A DNA stretch of 64,000 nt, from assembly GCA_049516875.1 (NCBI GenBank), contig JBEKSS010000001.1, forward strand, positions 32,001 through 96,000. The letters run 5' to 3'. Made by a program: the position numbers and the translations under genes. The notes beneath the pieces are model-generated. The model was not told where the DNA came from, made no database searches, and saw nothing but the letters and a program-made list of their open reading frames with translations. This document shows positions 1 to 8,878 of the stretch, piece by piece (the stretch's first letter is position 1; each line of letters starts with the position of its first letter). The stretch is from Candidatus Bathyarchaeia archaeon. Lineage in GTDB: Archaea > Thermoproteota > Bathyarchaeia > Bathyarchaeales > Bathycorpusculaceae.

Positions 1-471
1 GATGATCAGTTGCTCTTCAACCTCGGACAAATGATGAGCGGCCAGCCTCTTGAGCCTCTTAAGAGCATGTCTGTAGTGGGCTAGTGCCGGGTCAGAAATC
101 ATTCTTGGATTCTTAGAAACATGGGCACCAGCTTCGAGTTCGAAGAATGCCAGCATCTTTCCCAGTTTCGCTTCCATCTTGGTTATCTTGTCATGAAGCG
201 ACTGTGTTTCTGGCAAGGTCATGTTTGCCGCGAATGATAACTCAGCAAACAATGAGACATCGCCAAGTTTGGCGCGATACGCCTCGAATTCTTCAAGACA
301 CCCTGCAAGGCGTTCTGCAGATAGGTTTCCGATTTTCCTACGATACTTCTTTGAAAAGCACTCTGCCATTTCGCCTAGGCTGTCAATGGCCTTCTGGACT
401 GAAGTGTCCGTAGAGCTTGGGAATACTTCGGATAGATTCCATGCAATATCTCTTTTTGTCACAAGCATCAT
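1..471 (-). CDS. Oligoendopeptidase F (M3 family), N-terminal part, runs off window
   Basis: Manual translation MMLVTKRDIAWNLSEVFPS...LAFFELE...HHLSEVEEQLII, typical PepF N-terminus; open to position 1. Confidence 0.8.
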   Translation of the reverse strand, partial: MMLVTKRDIAWNLSEVFPSSTDTSVQKAIDSLGEMAECFSKKYRRKIGNLSAERLAGCLEEFEAYRAKLGDVSLFAELSFAANMTLPETQSLHDKITKMEAKLGKMLAFFELEAGAHVSKNPRMISDPALAHYRHALKRLKRLAAHHLSEVEEQLII

Positions 472-477
472 CTTCTC

Positions 478-1014
478 TCAAGATTGTACGAATGGCGGGC
501 GGGTCGCTTTATCCGGTTTCGCCATTCTCTTGACGGAGTCGATGAACTCGTCGGGGTCCTTGGGAGTGATAAGGTAGTTGCCCTGTTTGGTTTTTATCAG
601 AACGCCGTCCCTGAAGTTGGTTAAGACCACAAAAGCTCTGCCGACGTTCGGAAAATAGTAGTATCCGCCATAGCCGCTTGCTCCGAAAAGCCTGATGCCA
701 AACGGTATCAACGTTCTTTCGATAGATTCTATCGTTTCCAAGGAAACCCTTTTCGTGCCGCCAATGAACACGGATGCCTTCATGATCAGTTCACGCTGTG
801 TCAGAGTGTACTCTGTTTTATGCATGGAAACCGTCAGGGAGATGATTATTATCTCCACGACAACCACGACGACCAAGCCCACCGTAAGTCCGAGTATTTG
901 TGTCTGTGAGTACAGATAGGTGATAAACACGCCCAGAGCCGCCAGCAGCACAGCCGTCGCGATGTAGAACCATGCCAGCGGTCCCGAAACCTCAGGCCTA
1001 TTGACGACGCTCAT
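478..1014 (-). CDS. Membrane protein with bacterial PH-like domain
   Basis: Two TM helices then GIRLFGASGYGGYY...YLITPKDPDEF; start taken at MSVVNRP. Confidence 0.7.
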   Translation of the reverse strand: MSVVNRPEVSGPLAWFYIATAVLLAALGVFITYLYSQTQILGLTVGLVVVVVVEIIIISLTVSMHKTEYTLTQRELIMKASVFIGGTKRVSLETIESIERTLIPFGIRLFGASGYGGYYYFPNVGRAFVVLTNFRDGVLIKTKQGNYLITPKDPDEFIDSVKRMAKPDKATRPPFVQS

Positions 1015-1091
1015 TTCGACCCTGCAAAGACTGGGAAGTTGCACTTAATTAAGAGCGCGCTTGAAGTTGTTAACGCACGTTTCTTATTCCA

Positions 1092-1748
1092 CTAGCCATG
1101 CTGTGGGTTCTTGTGGAAGGTTCTGGTTTTTGTTTTGAGGAGCTCAAGGGCCGCCGTCTTTACTCCGAGTTCTGCTCTTATCTTTTCGTCTGCGCTTCCG
1201 ATTATTATGACGTCGCCCTCGTTCAAACAGAGTTTTGACAACGAAGCGAGAATGGAGGGCTCACTTTTTGACACGTCTTCCTCAGTACCGGGCATGGTAA
1301 GTCTGTTCTTGGTGAAGACTAGAGTGGTGGCTCCCTTTGCTCCCGCCATTATTGCCGCGTCTCTCTGTTCCAGACCGTATTTTATGGAGTCTTTCATCCC
1401 TGCCACTCTAACTGCAACATTGAAAAACCCAACAGTCAAAGATGTGGACGGAATGTCCATCTGCTCGCTTACAAGGGCTCTCAAACGGGAAAGCATCCTT
1501 TTTCCACCCTCAGACAGGGAAATACCAGATTCTGAAACATCAATCAACCCTTCATTCTTAAGATGTCTAACAAGAGTTCTGACCTCACCCTCCCCCACGT
1601 GGAGATCTCTTGAGAGTTTCAACCGACCCACGCTTTCTTGGAGGCTGATCTCTTCCAAAGCTTTCACAACGTGGGCTTCAGCAAAAGAAGGCGAACGTCC
1701 AGGTGCGATTTTCCCTGCAACCTTGGTGATTACTTCAATGGAGTCCAC
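1092..1748 (-). CDS. HTH + DUF4443-like domain protein
   Basis: N-terminal wHTH (GRLKLSRDLHVGEGEVRTLVRHL), C-terminal GLEQRDAAIMAGAKGATTL. Confidence 0.7.
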   Translation of the reverse strand: MDSIEVITKVAGKIAPGRSPSFAEAHVVKALEEISLQESVGRLKLSRDLHVGEGEVRTLVRHLKNEGLIDVSESGISLSEGGKRMLSRLRALVSEQMDIPSTSLTVGFFNVAVRVAGMKDSIKYGLEQRDAAIMAGAKGATTLVFTKNRLTMPGTEEDVSKSEPSILASLSKLCLNEGDVIIIGSADEKIRAELGVKTAALELLKTKTRTFHKNPQHG

Positions 1749-1856
1749 GTGTATTCTCCTCGCACATAGGCTATTGTTAGTTAAATATAGGAATTAATGA
1801 ACTTTTAAGATGTTTAAACGAGCAGGCTGTAAAAAAAGAAAGGAAGAGCTGCAGTT

Positions 1857-2405
1857 TCACGAAGGCGAAGTCGGCCACGGATTGTAGCTCTGATAAGTGA
1901 AGGCAATAGTATCTTCTCCATGAAGTATGAGCTGTGCACATGAATAATTCGGACTTGTCCATGTTGTTGTTTCGGCAGGTTCGCACCAGAAGAACCATCC
2001 GCGTCCAAGCGTCGGATTATTCGCCAGGCCGTTTATCGATGTGACTAATACCCCCAAGGTTCCTCCGTAGTCCGTGTAATTCACGTCCGATGTCACGAGC
2101 CGCAAGGCAGTAAATGCTGTTGTACCAAGAGGAAGTGCGGTGTTGTTAAACCACGTTCTTGTCCCATTGCCGTAGCTCACAAGAATATTGACTCGTAAAG
2201 ACAGGGAGTTCATGACATCTGAAAGGTTCCCCATTGAACCAGTAACATTCCCCATCGCGCCGGTGAGATTCTCTATTGCACGTGAAAGCACGTTTATCTC
2301 GCCCAGTAGGTTATTGTACTCATTCTGGTAAGTGTTGTATTGCGTGGAGTAGTAACCGGCTATGGCGGTACCGCAAATTGCCCAGACCAGAAGAGCCAAG
2401 ATCAC
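1857..2405 (-). CDS. Membrane-anchored DUF4430-like protein
   Basis: N-terminal TM, coiled coil, GVLVTSINGL...GWFFW motif; overlaps stop of ECF S gene. Confidence 0.65.
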   Translation of the reverse strand: MILALLVWAICGTAIAGYYSTQYNTYQNEYNNLLGEINVLSRAIENLTGAMGNVTGSMGNLSDVMNSLSLRVNILVSYGNGTRTWFNNTALPLGTTAFTALRLVTSDVNYTDYGGTLGVLVTSINGLANNPTLGRGWFFWCEPAETTTWTSPNYSCAQLILHGEDTIAFTYQSYNPWPTSPS

Positions 2406-2977
2406 GTATGTAAAGACTCTTTTTTCCAGACTTGTTCACCTCCAAAGAGTTTTTGCATCGCTTTTGTGACAGGGACGAAACCTGCTCCAAAGATGACAGT
2501 GTTGGAAACAACATGTGTTAACGAAAGAAAGGCACCAGAAACAAGTACGGCTACATACGTCGGCAAAACCGGCTGACCGTTCAGCATCGAAGGCATTGCA
2601 TACGCAAAATTGGTGAGTGCATCATAGACAAGGGTAAGAAAGGCCCCCAGAACCGCCGTTTCAAAACACGACTGCGCATCATAAGAACCATTTCTCGAGC
2701 GCCTGTACAGGCCGCCGGCCACCCCTGCCAGTGCCATTCCAACCATTTGAAACGGCAGGATCAAGCCGGCAAACCCTGAAGGCGAAACAAATCCGTTGAT
2801 AAACATTACAAAAGCCCCCAAACCGACGCCGAAAGACATTCCAATAACAGCGCTGGCCAAGAAAGAAATCAAAGTAGTGAACTCCACGTTCGGAGGACGA
2901 GGCGTCAACTGGATACCTGTACACATGGCAGCCAGAACAGCGAAGAGCGCGAGATGGCGAACCGTGAAGCGACGCAT
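2402..2977 (-). CDS. ECF transporter S component
   Basis: Hydrophobic ~190 aa, RPPNVEFTT and HVVSNTVIF motifs. Confidence 0.7.
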   Translation of the reverse strand: MRRFTVRHLALFAVLAAMCTGIQLTPRPPNVEFTTLISFLASAVIGMSFGVGLGAFVMFINGFVSPSGFAGLILPFQMVGMALAGVAGGLYRRSRNGSYDAQSCFETAVLGAFLTLVYDALTNFAYAMPSMLNGQPVLPTYVAVLVSGAFLSLTHVVSNTVIFGAGFVPVTKAMQKLFGGEQVWKKESLHT

Positions 2978-3050
2978 GAAGTATGGTTGGATAATCCAGC
3001 CATATAACCTTTTCCGCCCGGAATATTCAACCACACAAGAAGCGCGCGCG

Positions 3051-3749
3051 AGAGAGAAGTCGAGAATCTACAAGGCGCCCATGACCATAGTGTTGGTCAT
3101 CGACTTGAGCAAGTCCATGATGGAAAGCATCGAGAACGTGAAGGGGGCCGTTCTGCGACTGCACGCAGACGCCTATCGTTACCGGGACAAAGTGAGGGTT
3201 GTGGCTATGAAGGGCATAAACGCGGTTGTTGCCCAGCACCCCATAACCAACCTGCGAGTTGTGGCGAACAAGCTTCTGAAACTGCACGTTAGTAGATTCA
3301 CTCCGTTGGCTGCGGGAATGCTGAAGGCCATCGAGGTTTTGAAGGAAGAAAAACGCAGAGACAGGTCGACGATCCCGGTCATGGTTATCGTGACAGACGG
3401 GAACGCCAACGTTCCACTGATAAAGAGTCTGCAGACGAGTGAGGTGCGCACGTTTGACCCCCTCGACGCAGCATTCTTCAACTATGAAGACATGGCAGTA
3501 GACGATGTCATTTCGGTTTCCCAGGTTACTAGGAAAGAAGGGATTCACACGGTTGTAGTCAACACGAACCAGGCTACTGCGGAATGGCAGTACCCCGGTG
3601 TGCTGCTGACCGAAAAGATAGCCGAAATCACCAAGGGCAGCCATCACGAGGTCGGCGGCATAACGGAGCGGGAGCAAGCTGTCGATGAAATATATGAGGC
3701 AATAGCACAAGATGAACGCCTGATAGCCCACGAAGCCTCCTCGAAATAA
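3051..3749 (+). pseudogene. VWA domain of Mg-chelatase ChlD-like protein, apparently 5'-truncated (could be expressed from ATG 3081)
   Basis: REKSRIYKAPMTIVLVIDLSKSM (MIDAS), DAYRYRDKV, TPLAAGM, VIVTDGNAN; homology begins right after a GCGCGCGCG tract. Confidence 0.55.
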
Positions 3750-3838
3750 TGAAAGCCATTCTCTCTACTCTCTTTCAGAAGATTTCAAAGTGTGCGCTTT
3801 TCGTGCTTCTGCCCCTGGAAAATCGGTGTACACCGGGC

Positions 3839-4156
3839 CTAGCAGGATTTCTTTTGTGATGCCCTGATGAGACCGATGGCCTCTGCAAGAGTCAGTTTTG
3901 ATTTCGGATCTATTTCCAAGCTTGTCAGCAGTTTTTCCACAATCTCTGTTTCAAGCAGATCCGCCGCTTGGTCTCCGAAAATCAGGGTTAGCCCCTTGCG
4001 GAACAGTTCGGGCTTCTGGGGGATTTCTTTTTTCTTCAGGCCGATGTTTGTTTCGAAATAATTAGTTAGAGCTTGTTTTCCGCTTTTTCCAAGCGTTTCC
4101 AGTACCTCGTCGATACACTGCGATATCTTGCGTCTGGTCTCTGGATCAAGGGACAT
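3839..4156 (-). CDS. Small conserved protein (DUF3227/NitrOD5-like)
   Basis: IDEVLETLGKSGKQAL...IPQKPELFRKGLTLIFG. Confidence 0.6.
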   Translation of the reverse strand: MSLDPETRRKISQCIDEVLETLGKSGKQALTNYFETNIGLKKKEIPQKPELFRKGLTLIFGDQAADLLETEIVEKLLTSLEIDPKSKLTLAEAIGLIRASQKKSC

Positions 4157-4425
4157 GGAGTTTAGTTCTAGAACCAAGCATATATAAGCTTTATTTTCGT
4201 CGGAGCAAACTCTTTATTGGCGACAAATCTAAAAGGAGGTGGTATGCTTGAACTGGAGAATGTTTGTCACTCGACACTGGAAAGCCATCGCAATCGCGCT
4301 ATCAATCAGCTTGATTGTCCTATCACTCGCCACTGCGAAAGCCCTTGCAGAACCAATCGATTCACCGTGCGGACCGTAAGGCTAATATAGGGTATAACCA
4401 GAGCGCACTAACGGTGGGAAAGGGC

Positions 4426-5586
4426 ATGCCCAAACGATTTGACAACAAGAAGTTTGATAATCTTGACGTGAGAATTCTAGAAGGTCTTGCGGAATACGGA
4501 CCGAGAAACATCTCAAGAGTCGCTAAAGAACTCAACGCACCAAGGGGAACTGTCATATCGAGGATCAAACGCATGTCCTCCTCTTTTTACTTGAGGTTGC
4601 TCACGACTATTTATCACACAAACTTGGGAATGAAGAAAGCAGTGGTGTTCGCGAAGGCGATTCCTGGACGAGAGGATACCCTTTTCAACTGTTTGAAAGT
4701 CAACAAGTTTTACATATACTTGAGCCGATGCTTCGGTACGTTTGAGGGATGCGTTGGAATCTATGTTATTCCCGTGGAACACACGGCCGAGTTCGAAGGC
4801 TTCCTTTCTGAAGTGCAGAGGCTGGAAGTGACGCGGGGTGTAGAGTTGTTCTGGTCGACTTGTTTTCACACGGTTAATCGCACGAGAAACTGGTTTGACG
4901 ATGATAAGGAGACTTGGGTGTTTCCTTGGGAGAAGTGGCTGGACGACGTTTCTTCTTCAGAAAGTGAACTGCCCTACACGTTGAGAGACCCTGCGAGTTT
5001 CACGTTGAAAGCTGATCAAACTGACTTGTTTATAGTGAAGGAGCTGGAGAAAGATGCCACCGTGAGCTTGGCCTCTATGGCCAGGAAACTGGGAACGACT
5101 CTGCAGAACATTCGTTACCATTATGAAACACACGTCGTCAAACATGGACTGATTGAGACTTTTCAGATGGCCATGTTACCGTTCGACAGGGGGACGTCCG
5201 ACATGCTGTTTTTCATTTTCAGATTCAGCGACAGTGAGAAAATGGGCAAGTTTGCGACTTCTCTCTTGGACAAACCCTTCGTGATTATTCTGGGCAAGAT
5301 ACTGAAAGAAAACTCGCTGGTTTCTCAGGTTTATCTTCCCAGGAACGAGTTCCGCAACTTCATCGATGCTTTATCGAAGCTGTCAAGAGAGAACTTCTTG
5401 GAAAGTTACGAGTACGTGTTTCAGGACCTGCGCGTCGGGAAGTGGTCGAGAGAGACTGTGCCGTACGATCTTTTCAAGAATGGATGTTGGTTGTACGAAC
5501 ACTCGCAGCACGTGCAGGCTCTTCACGACTTAGCGTCAGACATGAAACGGGAATACGGTCAGGCTCGAATCAACCCGCAAGCCTGA
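4426..5586 (+). CDS. Lrp/AsnC-like regulator with two HTH modules
   Basis: LDVRILEGL...NISRVAKEL and DLFIVKELEKDATVSLASMARKLG. Confidence 0.75.
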   Translation: MPKRFDNKKFDNLDVRILEGLAEYGPRNISRVAKELNAPRGTVISRIKRMSSSFYLRLLTTIYHTNLGMKKAVVFAKAIPGREDTLFNCLKVNKFYIYLSRCFGTFEGCVGIYVIPVEHTAEFEGFLSEVQRLEVTRGVELFWSTCFHTVNRTRNWFDDDKETWVFPWEKWLDDVSSSESELPYTLRDPASFTLKADQTDLFIVKELEKDATVSLASMARKLGTTLQNIRYHYETHVVKHGLIETFQMAMLPFDRGTSDMLFFIFRFSDSEKMGKFATSLLDKPFVIILGKILKENSLVSQVYLPRNEFRNFIDALSKLSRENFLESYEYVFQDLRVGKWSRETVPYDLFKNGCWLYEHSQHVQALHDLASDMKREYGQARINPQA

Positions 5587-5603
5587 GTGCCCCTCAAGAT
5601 AAG

Positions 5604-6029
5604 CTAGACTTTTGAGCTTGCGCGTGTTAACGCTATGTCGAAAAGTTGCGCGATTTGGACGCCTGTTGGTAGTCCGAGAAGGAGGCCCTTGAGCGAGATG
5701 GCGTGGTAATGTGCGGTGTTGGGTTCGAGGTTTTTGGTTTCTTCAAGCCACCTGCGGAATTTGTTGACTTCGGATTCAACTTGTTCTTCCAGTTTCTTCC
5801 TTCTTTCTAGGGTTGCCTTGTTGTAGTTAGTTCTGCGTGTTCTGATTGTTTCAGCTATGTCGGTTTGGCTGTACTCTTCGTACAAGGTGAAGCTTTTCGG
5901 TGTTCTTTTCTGAGCTTCAAGTGTGTCTAGCGTGGACGTGAGTTCTTCGGTCTGTGATTGCATGAGGAAGAGCTTGCCAGGGCTGGGAATATCTTGTTTG
6001 TGAAGGCGCCGTTCATATTCAGAATTCAC
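5604..6029 (-). CDS. Hypothetical protein
   Basis: 141 aa ORF with codon bias matching neighbours. Confidence 0.55.
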   Translation of the reverse strand: MNSEYERRLHKQDIPSPGKLFLMQSQTEELTSTLDTLEAQKRTPKSFTLYEEYSQTDIAETIRTRRTNYNKATLERRKKLEEQVESEVNKFRRWLEETKNLEPNTAHYHAISLKGLLLGLPTGVQIAQLFDIALTRASSKV

Positions 6030-6047
6030 ACTGAACCGAGTTGCGCG

Positions 6048-6185
6048 CTAGAAGAGTTCTCTGTTTCTCCTTACTATCTCCTTTGGGCTCGTTTCGCGTA
6101 CGTATTTTCCAGCATAGTAACCGACAAGCAGGATTGGGTATGCTAGGGGCAGACTTGCAAGTGTTATGCAGATTTGCCACTTCAT
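6048..6185 (-). CDS. Possible small membrane protein (45 aa)
   Basis: MKWQICITLASLPLAYPILLVGYYAGK...; fills the gap in a minus-strand run. Confidence 0.3.
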   Translation of the reverse strand: MKWQICITLASLPLAYPILLVGYYAGKYVRETSPKEIVRRNRELF

Positions 6186-6259
6186 GGTTATTCTATGATT
6201 GAAGCTCGGATATTTAGATTTTCTGTTCAGGCCCTGTCCGCCGCGCTGGAAGCGGTGCG

Positions 6260-6745
6260 CTATTTTTGGTCGGGGTATTCTTCTACTTCGTTTGTGAGGA
6301 TTTCTAGCTTTACTCGGGCCTGCTTGAAAAATTGCTTTGTCAGGCCTGAGTCGTGGTAGTCTTTTTCTGCCACGACTCTTTCTATTCCGGCGTTGATTAT
6401 CATTTTGGCGCAGGCGAAGCAAGGGACGAATTTTGTGTACATGGTGGCTCCGTCGGTGGAGACCCCGTGCAGGGCAGCTTGCGTTATTGCGTTTTGTTCT
6501 GCGTGTGTGGTTCGTATGCAGTGTTTTGATTTGTTTCCGTTGGGATCGGTTGTTTCGGCCATCATGTGGCCGACTTCGTCGCAGTGTGGCAGTCCGGCTG
6601 GAGCGCCCGCATACCCTGTTGTTAGGATTCTCTTGTTCCTGACTAGGACGGCTCCGTTTCTTCCTCTGTCGCAGGTTCCTCTCGTGCCCACTACTTTTGC
6701 TATCTCTATGAAGTATTCGTCCCAGCTGGGCCTCTTGTCCACCAT
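6260..6745 (-). CDS. dCMP deaminase / ComEB family
   Basis: RPSWDEYF, HAEQNAI, PCFACAK zinc motifs. Confidence 0.92.
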   Translation of the reverse strand: MVDKRPSWDEYFIEIAKVVGTRGTCDRGRNGAVLVRNKRILTTGYAGAPAGLPHCDEVGHMMAETTDPNGNKSKHCIRTTHAEQNAITQAALHGVSTDGATMYTKFVPCFACAKMIINAGIERVVAEKDYHDSGLTKQFFKQARVKLEILTNEVEEYPDQK

Positions 6746-6754
6746 GGAAATCGC

Positions 6755-7450
6755 CTACAGCGCGCGTTCAAACAAGTCTTCTAAACTGGATAATCTGTTC
6801 ACGCTCTTGTCTTGAACTTTGCCGTCACGGTCAACTAAGAATACGGGTAGCCCGCACTTTTGTGCTCCTTTGTAGTCTGTTTCCATGTCGTCTCCGACGA
6901 AAACGGCCTCAGAAGGCGCTGTCCTCAACTTTTCTAGTGCATAGTTGAAAACTTCGGCGTCGGGTTTCATCCTTCTTAGTGTGTCAACGACGACAACGAC
7001 GTCAAAAAAGTCTTGTAACCCTACTTGGGGCAGTACGCCGCTTGTGTCACTCTGCAATCCGTTTGTTATGAGTCCTGTCTTCAAACCTTTTCCTTTGAGT
7101 TGCGGGAGCATCGTTTTAGCGTCTGGGTAGAGAGTTACTCTGGAATAGTCCCACCAGTGAGTTGCCATGAATCTTGCCAGTTTTTCAGTTTCTGAGTCGA
7201 CTCGAAGGTTGTGTAGAATCCGTAGGTTTCGCTGAACCCAGAACTCGTCAAGGAGTCTTGTCATGTCCCGAAAATTGAGTCCTTCCTCGGATTTCACCCA
7301 TGCTTTAGACACGTCTTCCAGAGAACGGTTGACTCCGCAGTCTTCGAGCATTCTCTTCATGACGTGGGGGACCTCGCTGTTGTCAATCTTGACCAGCGTG
7401 CCTCCCAAGTCGAAAAGCACCGCTTTCACGTGGTTTCTGCCGCTTTTCAT
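6755..7450 (-). CDS. HAD-family hydrolase
   Basis: VLFDLGGTL, ITNG, KPD, FVGDD. Confidence 0.9.
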   Translation of the reverse strand: MKSGRNHVKAVLFDLGGTLVKIDNSEVPHVMKRMLEDCGVNRSLEDVSKAWVKSEEGLNFRDMTRLLDEFWVQRNLRILHNLRVDSETEKLARFMATHWWDYSRVTLYPDAKTMLPQLKGKGLKTGLITNGLQSDTSGVLPQVGLQDFFDVVVVVDTLRRMKPDAEVFNYALEKLRTAPSEAVFVGDDMETDYKGAQKCGLPVFLVDRDGKVQDKSVNRLSSLEDLFERAL

Positions 7451-7506
7451 TTTTCTTTCAGCAAGTGGATACTGCTTGCCTCTCAATTTAAAACCAGCGC
7501 GTGGTT

Positions 7507-8625
7507 CTAGGGACTAGCATGGATTGGTGCCCTTGGTTCCAGTGTTAGTGTCTCGTTGAGGGTGCTGCCGTTTCTGTTGATGTTCAGCTTTATTGTGTCG
7601 CCTGGGCTCGTGTACCTTTCCAAGTAGATTACGAAGTCTGCTCCACTGTTCACTTGCAGACCGTCGACTTGCTTTATCACGTCGCCTACTTGCAGTCCAG
7701 CCTTGTACGCTGGGCCTCCGGACACTATGCCTGTCACGTGCACTCCGTCTGTGTAGCGTGAATCGTACTCTATCCCAACCCATGGGTGGTCGTAGTGGCC
7801 GGTGGTTTCTAGGGCTGGAATTACCCGCATGAGGAGTACTGATGGGACGGCATAGGCTATTCCTATGAAGCCGTTGATGCCTGTGTTGTCGGTTTCTATG
7901 GCGAACGTCACACCGATGACGTAGCCGAAGCCGTCCAGCAGTGGCCCGCCGGAATTGCCCGTGTTGACGGCGGCGTCGAACTGGATCAAGTCGGCTATCG
8001 AGTAGTTTCCCTCGGCGGGTGGCACGGGCTCTCCCAGTTCTGAGAGTCTCTTCACTCTTCCCAGTTGGCTGATTATTCCCGAGGTCATTGAACTGCTCAA
8101 CCCGAAGGGGTTTCCGATAGCGTAGACGGGTTCTCCGACCATCAGCTGTGTCGAGTTTCTGATGGACAGGGGTTGTGATTGTGCGGGCAGCTTGTCAACT
8201 TTGATTAATGCTAGGTCGCCGTAAGCGTCGGGTGTTCCTGTGATTTGGGCCGTTTCAGCGGTTCCGTCGAAGAATGTCACATTGATGCTGGTGGTGCCCT
8301 CAACAACGTGGTTGTTCGTAACGATGTGTCCTTGCGAATCGTAGACAAAACCTGAACCTTCCCCATTATCAGTCGTTATCAACACAACTGAATACTTGGT
8401 TCGATTGTAGATTTGAACTGCAGACAGGCCGCTCGTCTGGTTGGCGTGCAACTCCTCAAGCAGCCCTCGAAGCTGCTCATCGTCACTTTTCAGAGAAGCA
8501 ATCTCTGATTTCAAATCAACATACATTACTGCGAGGCTTCCAGCCAACGCCAAAAAAACGAGGACCAAAACTGCAATTACCTTTCTGTCAACAACATATC
8601 CCGAGCTTTTCTCCATACGCATCAA
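7507..8625 (-). CDS. HtrA/DegP-like serine protease with PDZ domain, membrane anchored
   Basis: TNNHVV, DLAL, GNSGGPL catalytic motifs; C-terminal PDZ. Confidence 0.92.
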   Translation of the reverse strand: MMRMEKSSGYVVDRKVIAVLVLVFLALAGSLAVMYVDLKSEIASLKSDDEQLRGLLEELHANQTSGLSAVQIYNRTKYSVVLITTDNGEGSGFVYDSQGHIVTNNHVVEGTTSINVTFFDGTAETAQITGTPDAYGDLALIKVDKLPAQSQPLSIRNSTQLMVGEPVYAIGNPFGLSSSMTSGIISQLGRVKRLSELGEPVPPAEGNYSIADLIQFDAAVNTGNSGGPLLDGFGYVIGVTFAIETDNTGINGFIGIAYAVPSVLLMRVIPALETTGHYDHPWVGIEYDSRYTDGVHVTGIVSGGPAYKAGLQVGDVIKQVDGLQVNSGADFVIYLERYTSPGDTIKLNINRNGSTLNETLTLEPRAPIHASP

Positions 8626-8842
8626 TCACCTTGACACCGTGTTCAGATCAGCAATCACAAACTCCAATAAAAACCCACATCCGACCAAGCGTGCACTATT
8701 GCCAGAAAAAGAAAAACCAGCTACCGCCCGCGCGAAGGCAGCAACAGTCTTCCAATCAACAGCAAAGGATTAATGCGGGTTCCTCCACTTTAGTTTCGGG
8801 TGTTAGATGTGAGGAATAGCGTTCTCTGTTCGTAAGAACAAA

Positions 8843-8852
8843 ACCTTTAATA
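8843..8852 (+). promoter_or_regulatory. Putative TATA box of leaderless leuS
   Basis: CTTTAATA preceded by A-rich BRE-like tract about 27 nt before ATG 8879. Confidence 0.4.
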
Positions 8853-8878
8853 CCCCACGAACCGAATCAGAAAGTTTC

